A stretch of 64,000 nt of DNA, from assembly GCF_000143415.4 (NCBI RefSeq), contig NW_003314415.1, forward strand, positions 1 to 64,000. The letters are read 5' to 3'. Positions within the stretch are counted from its first letter, which is position 1. Every line of letters starts with the position of its first letter. Source of the DNA: Selaginella moellendorffii (Eukaryota > Plantae > Lycopodiophyta). The notes beneath the pieces were generated by a model. It did no database searches. It had not been told where the DNA came from and was given only the letters and a program-made list of their open reading frames with translations. A program made the position numbers and the translations under genes. Shown here piece by piece: positions 24,426 through 34,706 of the stretch.

Positions 24426-26730
24426 ATGGCGGCGGCGAAGCGAGGGGTGCGCTCCAAGACGGCGGCGGTGGCGATCGAGGCGCCGGCGCCAAAGAAGATC
24501 CGGATCAATCCCGTGGTAAGGCGCTGCCCTATCGATGTGCAGGGTAGCTCGCGCGTGCTCCAGAACGCGATCGGCGAGATATTTCGGCGCAGCAATGCCA
24601 GCGGCCTCAGCTTCGAGGAGCTCTACAGGTAAAATCTCTGGGATTCTCGTTTGATCGATCGGGCGATCTTTCCATGGCAGGCATGCCTTTAATCTTTGCC
24701 AGGGCAATCACGCCGCCAAGCTCTACCAGATGTTTCGCGAAGAGCTCGTCCGGAACCTCGCGGTCTACCGGGATGGCGTGTTCGCGGCCGCCGACACTGG
24801 ATCCATGTTTGAGGTCTTGGACGAGAAGTGGCTGGAATTCTCGCGAGCGCTCCAGCTGATCAGGGCTTTGCTGAATTGCATGGACAGGACCTATGTGATC
24901 CGGTACAGGGAGAGGTCCGTCTATGACTTGGGGCTGGAGCTATGGAAGGTGGAGGTGGTGAGCTCGCCAAAGCTGCAAGCCGCGCTCACGGGTTTTCTCC
25001 TGGGCGAGATCCACAAGGAAAGGTCCGGGGAGATGATTGACAGGAGCAAGATGAGGAGGGCTGTGCAAATGCTCATCGAGCTCGACTACAAGATATATCT
25101 TCTCGTGGTGGAGGAACCATTCATCGCGGCTTCCAAGGATTTCTACTCGATCGAGAGCCAGCAGCTGATGGCTTGCGGGGACTGCTCCGCGATGCTCAAG
25201 AGGGTGGAGCGACGACTCAAGGAGGAAAGCGTGAGAGTGTCGCGGTACCTCTCGGAGAAAACTGGGCCAAAGATCAGCAGGGTGGTGGTGGATATCTTCG
25301 TCGGGAAGAACATAAAGCAGCTGGTGGATATGGAGAACACGGGGCTCGAATTCATGCTTTCACAGGACAGGTTGGACGACTTGGCACGCATGTACGAGTT
25401 TTTGCAACACTGGGACGAAGGAGGGAAAGAAATTCTAGATGGTTTGACGAGGCATATCAAAGCAAACGGTGCGCAGCTCGTCCAGGATCCCGAGCGCCAG
25501 AAGGATCCGGTGGCTTTCATCCAGCTGCTGCTAAGTTTCAGGGAGAAGTACGACGCGATAGTGAGCTCTTCGTTCAAGAGAAACAAGGCCGTGGCCGCGG
25601 GTTTGGAGGTGGCTTTCGTAGAGGTCGTCAACTTAAACCGCAGGCTACCGGAGTTTCTTTCGTTGTTCCTGGATAACAAGCTTAGGCAAGGTGGCAAATC
25701 GGATAGTGGTGGCTCGGACGATCCGGAAGCTTTCATGGACAAGGCGATGCTCATCTTCCGGTACATCAACGAAAAGGACATGTTTGAGAAGTACTACAAG
25801 CACCACCTCGCGAAACGGCTGCTCCTGTCCAAGTTCGCCGAGGACGAGCTCGAGAGGAGCCTCATCCTCAAGATCAAGACGGTGTGCGGCTACCAGTTCA
25901 CGAGCAAGATCGAGACCATGCTCAAGGACATGAGGACCTCGGAGGATCTCATGCAGCGGTTCAGGAACATGCAGGCAAACATCAACGCGGCGATGAACAT
26001 CAACGTCCAGGTGCTCACCACCGGATCCTGGCCGGCGTACGCGTCGTCCTCGCAGTGCATACTCCCGAGAGAGGTCCACGGGCTGTGCGAGAGGTTCAAG
26101 ACGTTCTACCTCATGGAGCACAGGGGCCGGCGGCTAACTTGGCAAGGAAACCTCGGCTCAGCGGACTTGAAGCTCACCATCGATGACACTACGAAGACGC
26201 TGAGCTGCTCGACGTACCAGATGTGCATCCTCATGCTCTTCAACGATTCCGACCGGCTGAGCTACAAGGAGATCAAGGACGCGACGGGGATCCAGCAGGC
26301 GTCGGAGCTCAAGAGGAACTTACAGTCGCTGGCGCTGGTCCGGGGCAAGAACGTCCTCCGCAAAGAGCCCATGAGCAAGGAGATTGGCGAGATGGACGTG
26401 TTCGTGTTCAACGAGGCGTTCACGAGCAAGCTGGCCAAGATCAAGATCTGCACGGTGGCGGCGCAGAAGGAGACTGGCGAGGAGAACTCCCGGACGAGGG
26501 AGAAGATTGAGAGCGACCGGAACCCGCAGATCGAGGCGGCCATCGTCCGGGTGATGAAGTCGAGGCAGCGGATGGAGCACAACAATCTGGTGAGCGAGGT
26601 GATTGCGCAGCTCCAGTCGCGATTCACTCCAAACCCGGCGGTGATCAAGAAGCGAATCGAGGCGCTTATCGAGAGAGATTACCTCGAGCGGGACAGAGAT
26701 GACAGGAGAACGTACTGCTACTTGGCATGA
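24426..26730 (+). CDS. Divergent cullin-3-like paralog, 2 exons (intron 24629-24680)
   Basis: NASGLSFEELYR then an intron at the same position as in CUL3; intact cullin domain and IEAAIVRVMKSR...YCYLA C-terminus. Confidence 0.93.
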
Positions 26731-27138
26731 AGAAGAAGAAAAAGATCTTCTTCTCGACTGGATCGGATCAGCAAGATGGCCGGCGTGTGGCGACATTCCG
26801 TCTTTTTTATTTTTAACACCTTTTTCTTCTTGCTCACTGCATTACAGGTTGGTCCGCGTCCCAATCCAAGAGTGAGAGACATGGAGAGGTTTTCGTCGTC
26901 TTTATTCCAAAGAAGTGAAAGTACCACTTCTCTCCCTCTCCTACAAAAAGAAGAGGTCCTAAGGCTTGCATTTCTTTCGAACACACCGAGGAAGGTGGCG
27001 GTCGCGTCATACGGTCCAAATGTTTGTAAAGATGCTGCAATTGCCCACCTCACTCACTTTTTCCCCTTTCCGGCCTTTAGAATCCACAGCCTTTAACGAT
27101 GCTCCTCCAAAAACGGATAGAACAGAATCTTCAGCGAC

Positions 27139-27248
27139 GGTCAATATAGGTCAAAATTAGTCAAAGACAGTCAAGCAGCCTGTCAAACATAGTCAAGCCG
27201 GTCAAAGAAAATGCCAATGACGGTCAACATAAGGTCAACTAGAGTCAA
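27139..27248 (-). promoter_or_regulatory. Array of W-box cores (TTGACY) with about 10-bp spacing
   Basis: RGTCAA at 27139, 27149, 27159, 27169, 27191, 27200, 27222, 27233 and 27243, plus TGTCAA at 27181. Confidence 0.6.
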
Positions 27249-27535
27249 CTCAAGAGACAGCGACGTGGAGAGTGGGGCCCGCCTGGCACTACTAAAGCTC
27301 AACGTATCGCGGGTAAAAGATGGAAGGCACTCCTTTGTGTGTGTGTTTTGTCACAAGTTTGCTTGCGCTCTAGCGTTTGCTTAGCATGCCTATGAGCCAA
27401 AAAGCAAAAGAAAAAGAAATATAAAGGGGCTGTCTGCCTCGAGCGAGATAAGAGGCACCCCCTCGAGTAGCTCCTCTCGTCTCTCTCTCTCTCTCGACCG
27501 CGAAAGGAGACAATCAATCAATCGCGCTTGTAGCA

Positions 27536-28213
27536 ATGAGGAAGGTATTTGGAATCTCTGATCACAGTGTAACTGATTTCATCTGATATCTACATTGTCT
27601 TTGTTTTTGTGTGGCGGCCCCCCTTATCCTCGATCGATTCCTCTCCCCTCTCGCAGCTCACTTTGAAGGTTTTTATGTCCTGCGGCAAGTGCAAGGACAA
27701 GCTCGTGAAGCAGCTCAGCGAGGTCCCAGGTAGGAAGCCACGAAAAAAACTCGCTTTTTTGATCGATCCGTGAGAGGGAACTTCTTTGCAGGCGTGAGCA
27801 AAGTGGAGCTAGTTGACGGCTCGACGCTGATCATCACCGGCGACTTCAAGGCGAACGAGGTGCTGGAGGCTAGCGGCAAGCGGCGAAAGTGCCTGGCGGT
27901 GGAGTCCATGGAGGAGCTGCCGGATCCTCCGCCACCGCCACCGCCGGAGCCGGAGCAACCCTCGGCGCCGCCCGAGCCGGAGCCAGCGCCGCCCGAGCCG
28001 CCCAAGCCCGAGGAGGAGCCGCCAAAGCCCGCGGAGGAGCCGCCGAAAGAGGAGCCCCCTCCTCCGCCACCAACGCAAGTCATCTGCGTGGATACATGGC
28101 CCAGCGAGTTCGCAAAGATTGGAAAGCTCCCCGGCGGCATCATCGTCCTCGTCAAGAATTTGATCCTCTGCCCCCACAACAACCAAGTCTCCGACTGTGA
28201 TTCCTGCTGCTAG
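27536..28213 (+). CDS. HMA-domain, Pro/Glu-rich protein (HIPP/HPP-like), 3 exons
   Basis: MRK / LTLKVFMSCGKCKDKLVKQLSEVP / GVSKVELVDGSTLIITGDF...PPPP...CDSCC*; CxxC metal site. Confidence 0.85.
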
Positions 28214-28310
28214 TAGCTTGATCAGTTCGAGGTACGTAGAGATCATCGTCGAATAACTTCTAGAAACTTCACTCCTCCCCAACTCAAAGAATCCAATAAA
28301 AATCAAAACT

Positions 28311-30254
28311 TTAGCACGATCCAGAGATGATTCCATTTGCCAGGAGAACATAGCTCGATGCTCGCGAATCCAGGCTTTCGATCACGCCATGGCCGAGCTT
28401 CGCAGGGATCTCTCGGCTTGCCAGGCACGTCGATTCCAAGACCCCCGGCTGGAATGGCATCGTGTCTACGAGCTCGCGAGCGTCTCTCCATCGCCCAGCT
28501 CGGGCCAGGAGATCCACAATGCAACAGTAGTGCTGCTTAGTCGGGGTAAAGCCGTGATCGAAGATCATGGACTGGAACAAGCTCCACGAATCGCGGAGAG
28601 TTCCTCCGTGGCTCGCGGCGGCCATTAGAGATAAGAAACACCCTTGGTCGGGATCTTCCGCGGCCAGTCTCATTGATTGAAGCAAATAGAGACCCTGGTG
28701 TGAGTGGCCAAGGCGCGAATATGCCGCCACCATGGTGGTCCATGACACTATGTCGCGGTCGGGCATCATCTGGAAGAGACTCCACGCAAGTACAAGATGC
28801 CCCGAACGGGCATATGCGTAGAGCATCACGTTTGTGGTCGCCGTATTCCGGGCAGGAATCGTATCGTAAAAGAGTCGTGTTTGCCGCAAGCTGCCAAAAT
28901 CCGCATATGCCGTTAGCAGTGCGTTGAAGGACACCGTACTTCTCTCGGGCATCATGGAAAAGATTCGTTTTGATTCTTTAAAATACCCTTCCTGGGCATA
29001 TGCTGAAAGCATTGTTGTGTAGGTAATGAGGTTTTTTATTGGGAGGGAATCAAACCGGCATTTGGCTTCCTCGAGCTTGCCGGATATTCCAAGGACAAAA
29101 AGGCCCGTGTTGGAGGAGACTAGGTCGAGCTCTGGAATGAAAATTAGAGTCTCTCTGGCGTCGTGTATTTGCCCATTCTGGGCGAATGCTGTAAGCATTG
29201 CGTTCCATGAGACGAGATCTCGCTGGGGCATGCTGTGAAAGATCTCTTGCGCCCAATCCACTCCTCCATTGTGAGCCAGCGCTGTGATCATCGCGTTGCA
29301 AATGATGATATCCCTCGCGGGAGCGTCGTCATAGATGATCTTGGCGAGATCCAGGCGCCCTATCTGGGAATAGGTGGTGAGCATTGTCGTCCAGGCGATT
29401 AGGTCTCGCTCAGGCATCGTGTGGAAGATCTGGCACGCCAGATCGATGTTCTTGCTCTCGGCGAACGCGTCCAGCAGGATCGTCCATGCGACGCGGTCTC
29501 TCTCTGGCATCTGATCGAACAGGAGCGTCGCCGCAGCAAGATTCCCGCTTTTGGCGTAGCCGGAGAGCATCGCGGTGAAAGAGAAGAGATTGTGCTCCGG
29601 CATCCCGGCGAAGATCGTTCTTGCGGCGTCCGCTAGGCCGGATTGTGCGTAGAACACCAGGATCGTGCTCCAAGAAACTAGGGTTCTTAGCGGCATTGCG
29701 GAAAAGAGTTCTTGGATCGATGAAAGATCGCCACTCCGGGAGAATGCAGCGAGCATCGCGTTCCAGGACACGAGATCGCGCTGCGGCATCGCTTCAAACA
29801 CGCGCATCGCGTCCCTCAATCGGTTCTTGTGCGCGTAGGCAACGAGCATCGTGGTCCAGCTTCTCAAATCCCAGCCAGGGAATCTATCGAATAGCTCTCG
29901 CGCGTGATCTAGATCCCTGGCCTGCGCGTAGGCGTCCAGCATCGTGTTCCAGGCGCCCAGATCGGCGAATGGCGTGATGGAATCGAAGACTTGCTTGGCG
30001 TCCACCAGGCATCCATTTCTTGCCAGGGCCGAGAGGATGAGGTACCAGGAGAAGGGATTTCTTGCGTCGCCCAGGCCGATGAAGGTCTCTACCGCCTGCC
30101 TGACGTTGCCGGATCTGCCACACGCATCGATTCGTTTGTTCGCGAAGAACACATCGATCTTCTTCTCGGCCGCTGGCAGGGACAATCTTTGGCAGGATTG
30201 GGAGGTCATTGACAAGAACGATCGATCGTTCTTGATCAGGTTGAAGGAGGTCAT
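28311..30254 (-). CDS. PPR protein dominated by 31-aa S/SS repeats, degenerate E domain
   Basis: Tandem RDLVSWNAML.A...G.....A...F..MP repeats; KQHYCCIVDLLARAG. Confidence 0.92.
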   Translation of the reverse strand: MTSFNLIKNDRSFLSMTSQSCQRLSLPAAEKKIDVFFANKRIDACGRSGNVRQAVETFIGLGDARNPFSWYLILSALARNGCLVDAKQVFDSITPFADLGAWNTMLDAYAQARDLDHARELFDRFPGWDLRSWTTMLVAYAHKNRLRDAMRVFEAMPQRDLVSWNAMLAAFSRSGDLSSIQELFSAMPLRTLVSWSTILVFYAQSGLADAARTIFAGMPEHNLFSFTAMLSGYAKSGNLAAATLLFDQMPERDRVAWTILLDAFAESKNIDLACQIFHTMPERDLIAWTTMLTTYSQIGRLDLAKIIYDDAPARDIIICNAMITALAHNGGVDWAQEIFHSMPQRDLVSWNAMLTAFAQNGQIHDARETLIFIPELDLVSSNTGLFVLGISGKLEEAKCRFDSLPIKNLITYTTMLSAYAQEGYFKESKRIFSMMPERSTVSFNALLTAYADFGSLRQTRLFYDTIPARNTATTNVMLYAYARSGHLVLAWSLFQMMPDRDIVSWTTMVAAYSRLGHSHQGLYLLQSMRLAAEDPDQGCFLSLMAAASHGGTLRDSWSLFQSMIFDHGFTPTKQHYCCIVDLLARAGRWRDARELVDTMPFQPGVLESTCLASREIPAKLGHGVIESLDSRASSYVLLANGIISGSC

Positions 30255-30256
30255 CG

Positions 30257-32140
30257 ATGGATCGAACGAAGGTCACTGGCAGGAAATTTTATCCATGGAT
30301 TGTTCTTGAGAAAGGGGGCAAAATGCAGAGGAAAGAATGCCTGGATCTCATCGCATCCGCAAGAACCCTATCCGCGGCAAAGAAGATCCACGCCTCGATC
30401 CAGGGCTTCCTGGACAGCCGCAAGAACGATCTCTTCCTCGCCAACAAGCTAGTGGAGATGTATGGCAAATGCGGTAGCACCGAGTACGCCCGGCGGATCT
30501 TTGATCTCATGAGCGCCAGGGACGTCTTCTCGTGGGATATGATGCTCTGCGCCTACGCTCGCAATGGAGACGTCGAATCGGCCGCGCAATTGTTCCTGGC
30601 CATGCCGCGGCAGCATCTCATCTCCTGGAACATCATGCTCTCGGCGTATTCCCAGACCGGGCATCTGGATCTCGCCGGCCGCGTCTTTGATACGATGCCG
30701 CTGCGCGATCTCGTCTCCTGGAATGCGATGCTCACTGCGCTCTCACACGCCGCCGCTATCGATCGCACGATGACGTTGTTCGAAGCTATGCCGGATTGGA
30801 ATCTCCTTTCCTGGAACGTTGTCCTTGCCGCATTTGCCGAGAGGGGCCATCTTGAATCGGCCAAGAGGGTCTTTGATGCGATGGGCGAGAGGAGCTTGGT
30901 GTCCTGGACCGCGATGCTGCAGTGCTACGCGAGATCGGGCAATCTGGGTGATGCGAGGCGGATGTTTGCTGCGATGCCGGAGAGAGATCTTGTCTCTGCG
31001 ACAGCGATGATCGTGGCACTCGTCCAGAGCGGTGATCCTACCGCGGCAAAGGTGATGTTTGAGGAAATGCCGATGAGCGATCTCATCTCCTGGACTGCGA
31101 TGCTGGTGGGATTCGCGCAGTGTGGCCGGATTGACGACGCGAGAGCTACGTTCGAGGCGATGCCCGTGAGGAATCTCGTGTCGTGGACGGCGATGGTGGC
31201 GGTGTATGCGCAGAAGGGGAAGATGGATGAGGCGATGGCATTCTTCTCCGCGATGCCACAGCGGGATCTCATCTGCTGGAACTCAATGCTCGCGGCGTAT
31301 GCCCAGAATGGGCAATTGGAGGAGGCAAAAATGTTGTTTGACACGGTTCCACAGCGGGATCTCGTCTCGTGGACGGCGATTCTGGTGGCTTATGCCCAGC
31401 ACGGACACATCGAAGAAGCAAAGCGATTGTTTGATGCGATGCCACAGCAGGAGGTCGGGTGCTGGAACGCGATGCTCGCAGGGTATGCCCAGAATGGGCA
31501 TTTGGAGGATGTGGTGGTATTTTTTGGGGCAATGCCGCAGAGGGACTTGATCTCCTGGACGACTGTTCTATCGGCGTACTCGCAGCACGGCCGCCAGCAT
31601 GATGCTCGACGAGTATTTGATTCGATGCTGGAGCCTGACAGAGTTTCGTGGTCGGCCATCCTCGCTGCTTATGCCAACAACGGCGATTCCTTGCGGGCGA
31701 TCCAAGTCTTTCACGAGATGAAGATGGTGGAGCTCGCGGACGAGACGTGCTTCGTGTCCGCGTTCCTGGCTTGCAGCCACAAAGGCAAAGTTGAGCTTGG
31801 GAGGAGCTACTTTGGATCTATGAGCGTGGATTTTGGAGTAAAGCCGAGCAAGCAACACTACTGCTGTATGCTTGATCTTCTGGGACGCGCTGGACGCTTG
31901 GACGATGCGCAGGAGCTCATCTACACCATGCCGTTTGTGCCGAGTGCTCTGGACTGGACGTGCGTGCTTGCCGGGTGTCGGAGTCACTCGGATTCCAAGC
32001 ATGGAGCTCAGGCAGCCAAGTCCATTGTGGAGATGGATCCAAAACATGGTTCTGGCTACGTGCTGCTGGCAAACTTGGTGAGGAACTCTGCGAAGAAACC
32101 GGCAACAAAAACCAGTCCTGCGTGCTCCAAAGCTTCATGA
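30257..32140 (+). CDS. PPR protein dominated by 31-aa S/SS repeats with E domain
   Basis: Same repeat type; KQHYCCMLDLLGRAG...MPFVP...W...GYVLLAN. Confidence 0.93.
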   Translation: MDRTKVTGRKFYPWIVLEKGGKMQRKECLDLIASARTLSAAKKIHASIQGFLDSRKNDLFLANKLVEMYGKCGSTEYARRIFDLMSARDVFSWDMMLCAYARNGDVESAAQLFLAMPRQHLISWNIMLSAYSQTGHLDLAGRVFDTMPLRDLVSWNAMLTALSHAAAIDRTMTLFEAMPDWNLLSWNVVLAAFAERGHLESAKRVFDAMGERSLVSWTAMLQCYARSGNLGDARRMFAAMPERDLVSATAMIVALVQSGDPTAAKVMFEEMPMSDLISWTAMLVGFAQCGRIDDARATFEAMPVRNLVSWTAMVAVYAQKGKMDEAMAFFSAMPQRDLICWNSMLAAYAQNGQLEEAKMLFDTVPQRDLVSWTAILVAYAQHGHIEEAKRLFDAMPQQEVGCWNAMLAGYAQNGHLEDVVVFFGAMPQRDLISWTTVLSAYSQHGRQHDARRVFDSMLEPDRVSWSAILAAYANNGDSLRAIQVFHEMKMVELADETCFVSAFLACSHKGKVELGRSYFGSMSVDFGVKPSKQHYCCMLDLLGRAGRLDDAQELIYTMPFVPSALDWTCVLAGCRSHSDSKHGAQAAKSIVEMDPKHGSGYVLLANLVRNSAKKPATKTSPACSKAS

Positions 32141-32949
32141 CGGAATGCCCGGTGGAACTGACGACTTTCGCTCTACTATTACAGATTCAAAGGGGGGAGC
32201 ACTGAAGAGCCAAATGTCTGGTAAGCTTTGCATTGGGTTTTCTTCCGTTTTTTTTCCTTCTTTTGACTAGTTTGGTTTGTGCAGGGAGGGGTCCAGGCGG
32301 ATCTGACAAGTAACTGGTTGAGCTGGATACGGCAGCTGCAAACGCAAGCTCTCGAGATTCATCAGCAACTTTAACGTGAGTGTATCAATATGTTTTTGTC
32401 TTTGCACAGGGAAAGGGTCTCACTCGTCTTGCAGATGCGCGGGGCCTAAAGTTTGACTCGTAGTTCTCGTGCGAGTCGTTTTCTCCGGTTGTTGCCAAAG
32501 TTTTGTTTCGAAGAGGATCTAACTTTCGCTTGCTCCAGGTGCTTTTGCGGCTTTCCCGATTGTGAGAGCATCGGAGTACCATTTCTGGCTAGCTTCCAAG
32601 GTAGAGAGATTTCTGTCGCAGACAAAGCGGTAGCTCCCAGATTTCTGGACGACTGCCTGACTGGCTTCAGTCAGTCAGTCGACCATCAAAGCTTCCGTTG
32701 CGATCTAGCTGCGTTTTCTTTTTTCGTTTCCTCGTAGGTAGATAGATTTCGCGATTGGTCGGTTCGAACTTACCAATGCGTCCCAGCTGCAGGGAAATCA
32801 ATCGCGCAGAGCTTAAAAAACTCGCACGGGTATTGAAAAAACTGGGCAGGCACTCACTCCATCATGTGATCCTCTCAAGAACACAGACAACTAAAGAAGA
32901 AAAGGTTTCATTGACTAAGGCGTGGACTGGGCCGCTGACTAAGGTTGAC

Positions 32950-34093
32950 TCAACATTTACACGACTGGGAAGGCCTCGGATCGACCAGGCAGAGGAAGCC
33001 CATGATCGCGAACAGCGCCAGGATGATCAGGAAGAGAGATCCCAGCGTCCCAACGATGGAGGTGAAGAATCCCTTCACAGCCTCGGCAGCGGCCTCGGAG
33101 GTGCTCGAGGAAGAAGAGGAGGAGCTGAGTGATGCTAGGAGGACCATGACGACGATCACCAGTCCGATGAGCACTGCCAGATCCATCGAGTCGTTTCTTC
33201 CACCGCCGCCGCAGCAAGGATCCGGGTCGTACTGGCTGTAGCAGGGAGGATCGCTGGCGTCGCAGCCAGTGACGATGATGGTGGGCGGACAGAATGGGAT
33301 CTCCGGAGGACAGTCGTGGTGGTGGTGGTGGTGGTGGTGGTCGTGATCGTGATCGTGGTCGTGGTCGTGGTGCTCGTGGTCGTGCTCGTTGTCACAGCAC
33401 TTGGGCTCTTTTGGGGCTGGCGGCGGTGGCGACGGCGTTGGCGGTGGAGATTTGTGGTGGTGGTGGTGCTCGTTGTCACAGCAGCTATGGTGGGGCTTGG
33501 GCTCCTTTGGAGCTGGCGGTGGTGGCGATGGCGTTGGCGGCGGCGGTTTGGGGTGGTGGTGGTGGTGGCACGGGCACTTGCAGTGGTGGTGGCCGTGGCG
33601 GTGGTGAGCGTCACCGCAGCACTTGGGCGATGGAGGGGTGGGGGCGGCGGGCGGGGGATCCTTGGGCTTGGGCTTCTCCTTCTCCTTCTCCTTCTCCTTC
33701 TCCTTCTCTGGCGGCGGCGGGAGATCCTCGATGGAGAGGAAGACAAGCTTCTTCTTCTTCTTGAATCGCTCCACCACCGCGAGGATGTCCTCGAGCGTTA
33801 CCTCGCCGGTGACGACGATCTTGCCGCTCTTGGGGGCGTACTCCACCTCCTTGACACCTACAGCATCGATCTATCCATCATCCAGGAGAGAAGTAAGGAA
33901 TGGAGTTAGAACCTGCGGTGTGCTTGAGGATCTCCAGGACCTTCTCGCGGCACTTCTTGCAAGAGCTACACAGATTGAGTGTGACCTGGGACAGAGAGAA
34001 GAGATAAGGGAAGCCACAGATCCCTCTGGATAGAGCATTTCCACCATAGCCAGAGAAACTGGAGATTCAGTAGTAGTACCTTACCTTCTTCAT
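32950..34093 (-). CDS. HMA-domain protein with Pro/His/Cys-rich repeats and two C-terminal hydrophobic segments, 3 exons
   Basis: MKK / VTLNLCSSCKKCREKVLEILKHTA / GVKEVEYAPKSGKIVVTGEV...; exon layout matches 27536-28213. Confidence 0.85.
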
Positions 34094-34706
34094 GGCGATC
34101 TTGTGGCTGCTTGGCTTGATTCTTCCTCCACTCACACTCACACTACCACCATTCTATCTCTCCCCAAAGTGGCCAGCGATGACAGACTAGAAGAACGGAT
34201 CAAAACAGTGTAAAAAAGAGGGGTAGATTTTTGCGAGCGTATAAATAAAAAGGAGAGAATTAGAGAGAAGTGTCCTTCCTTCCCTGTAGAGCGTAGGTGA
34301 GTTGTCGGTGGCAAAAAAACTGAACGCTGGGACTAGTTGACAAATGACTCCTGGAAGGTGGTCCCATTATAAAAATTAACCTAACATTAACTATGCTACT
34401 TAAATAAAGTGTATATAAATAAGGGTTTAATGATTAATATACATTTACTTAAGTTACATCACTAATTAATATATCCTTTCCACTAACTCAGGAAATTATT
34501 TGTCATTTTATTCAAACATGGTTTATCAGTTTCAATAACGCTTTTTCTTAATTAACATTATTACATGATGTAGCTATAACTAATAAAATGTAAGCACGGT
34601 TTATTCACACACGGTTTATTCAAATCAAAAATCATTTCCAAAAATTATTGCAGAGGTCTTTTTAGAGATCTTTCTTTTTATGGGGGCATTTCCGACGAGA
34701 ATCGTC

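Noticed and set aside
33156-34033. Poly-Val, poly-Thr and poly-Gly ORFs
   Set aside because: Alternative-frame readings of the His/Pro repeats in the HMA gene.
34370-34640. AT-rich island as a MITE
   Set aside because: No terminal inverted repeats or TSD were seen, only a short cacggtttattca duplication.
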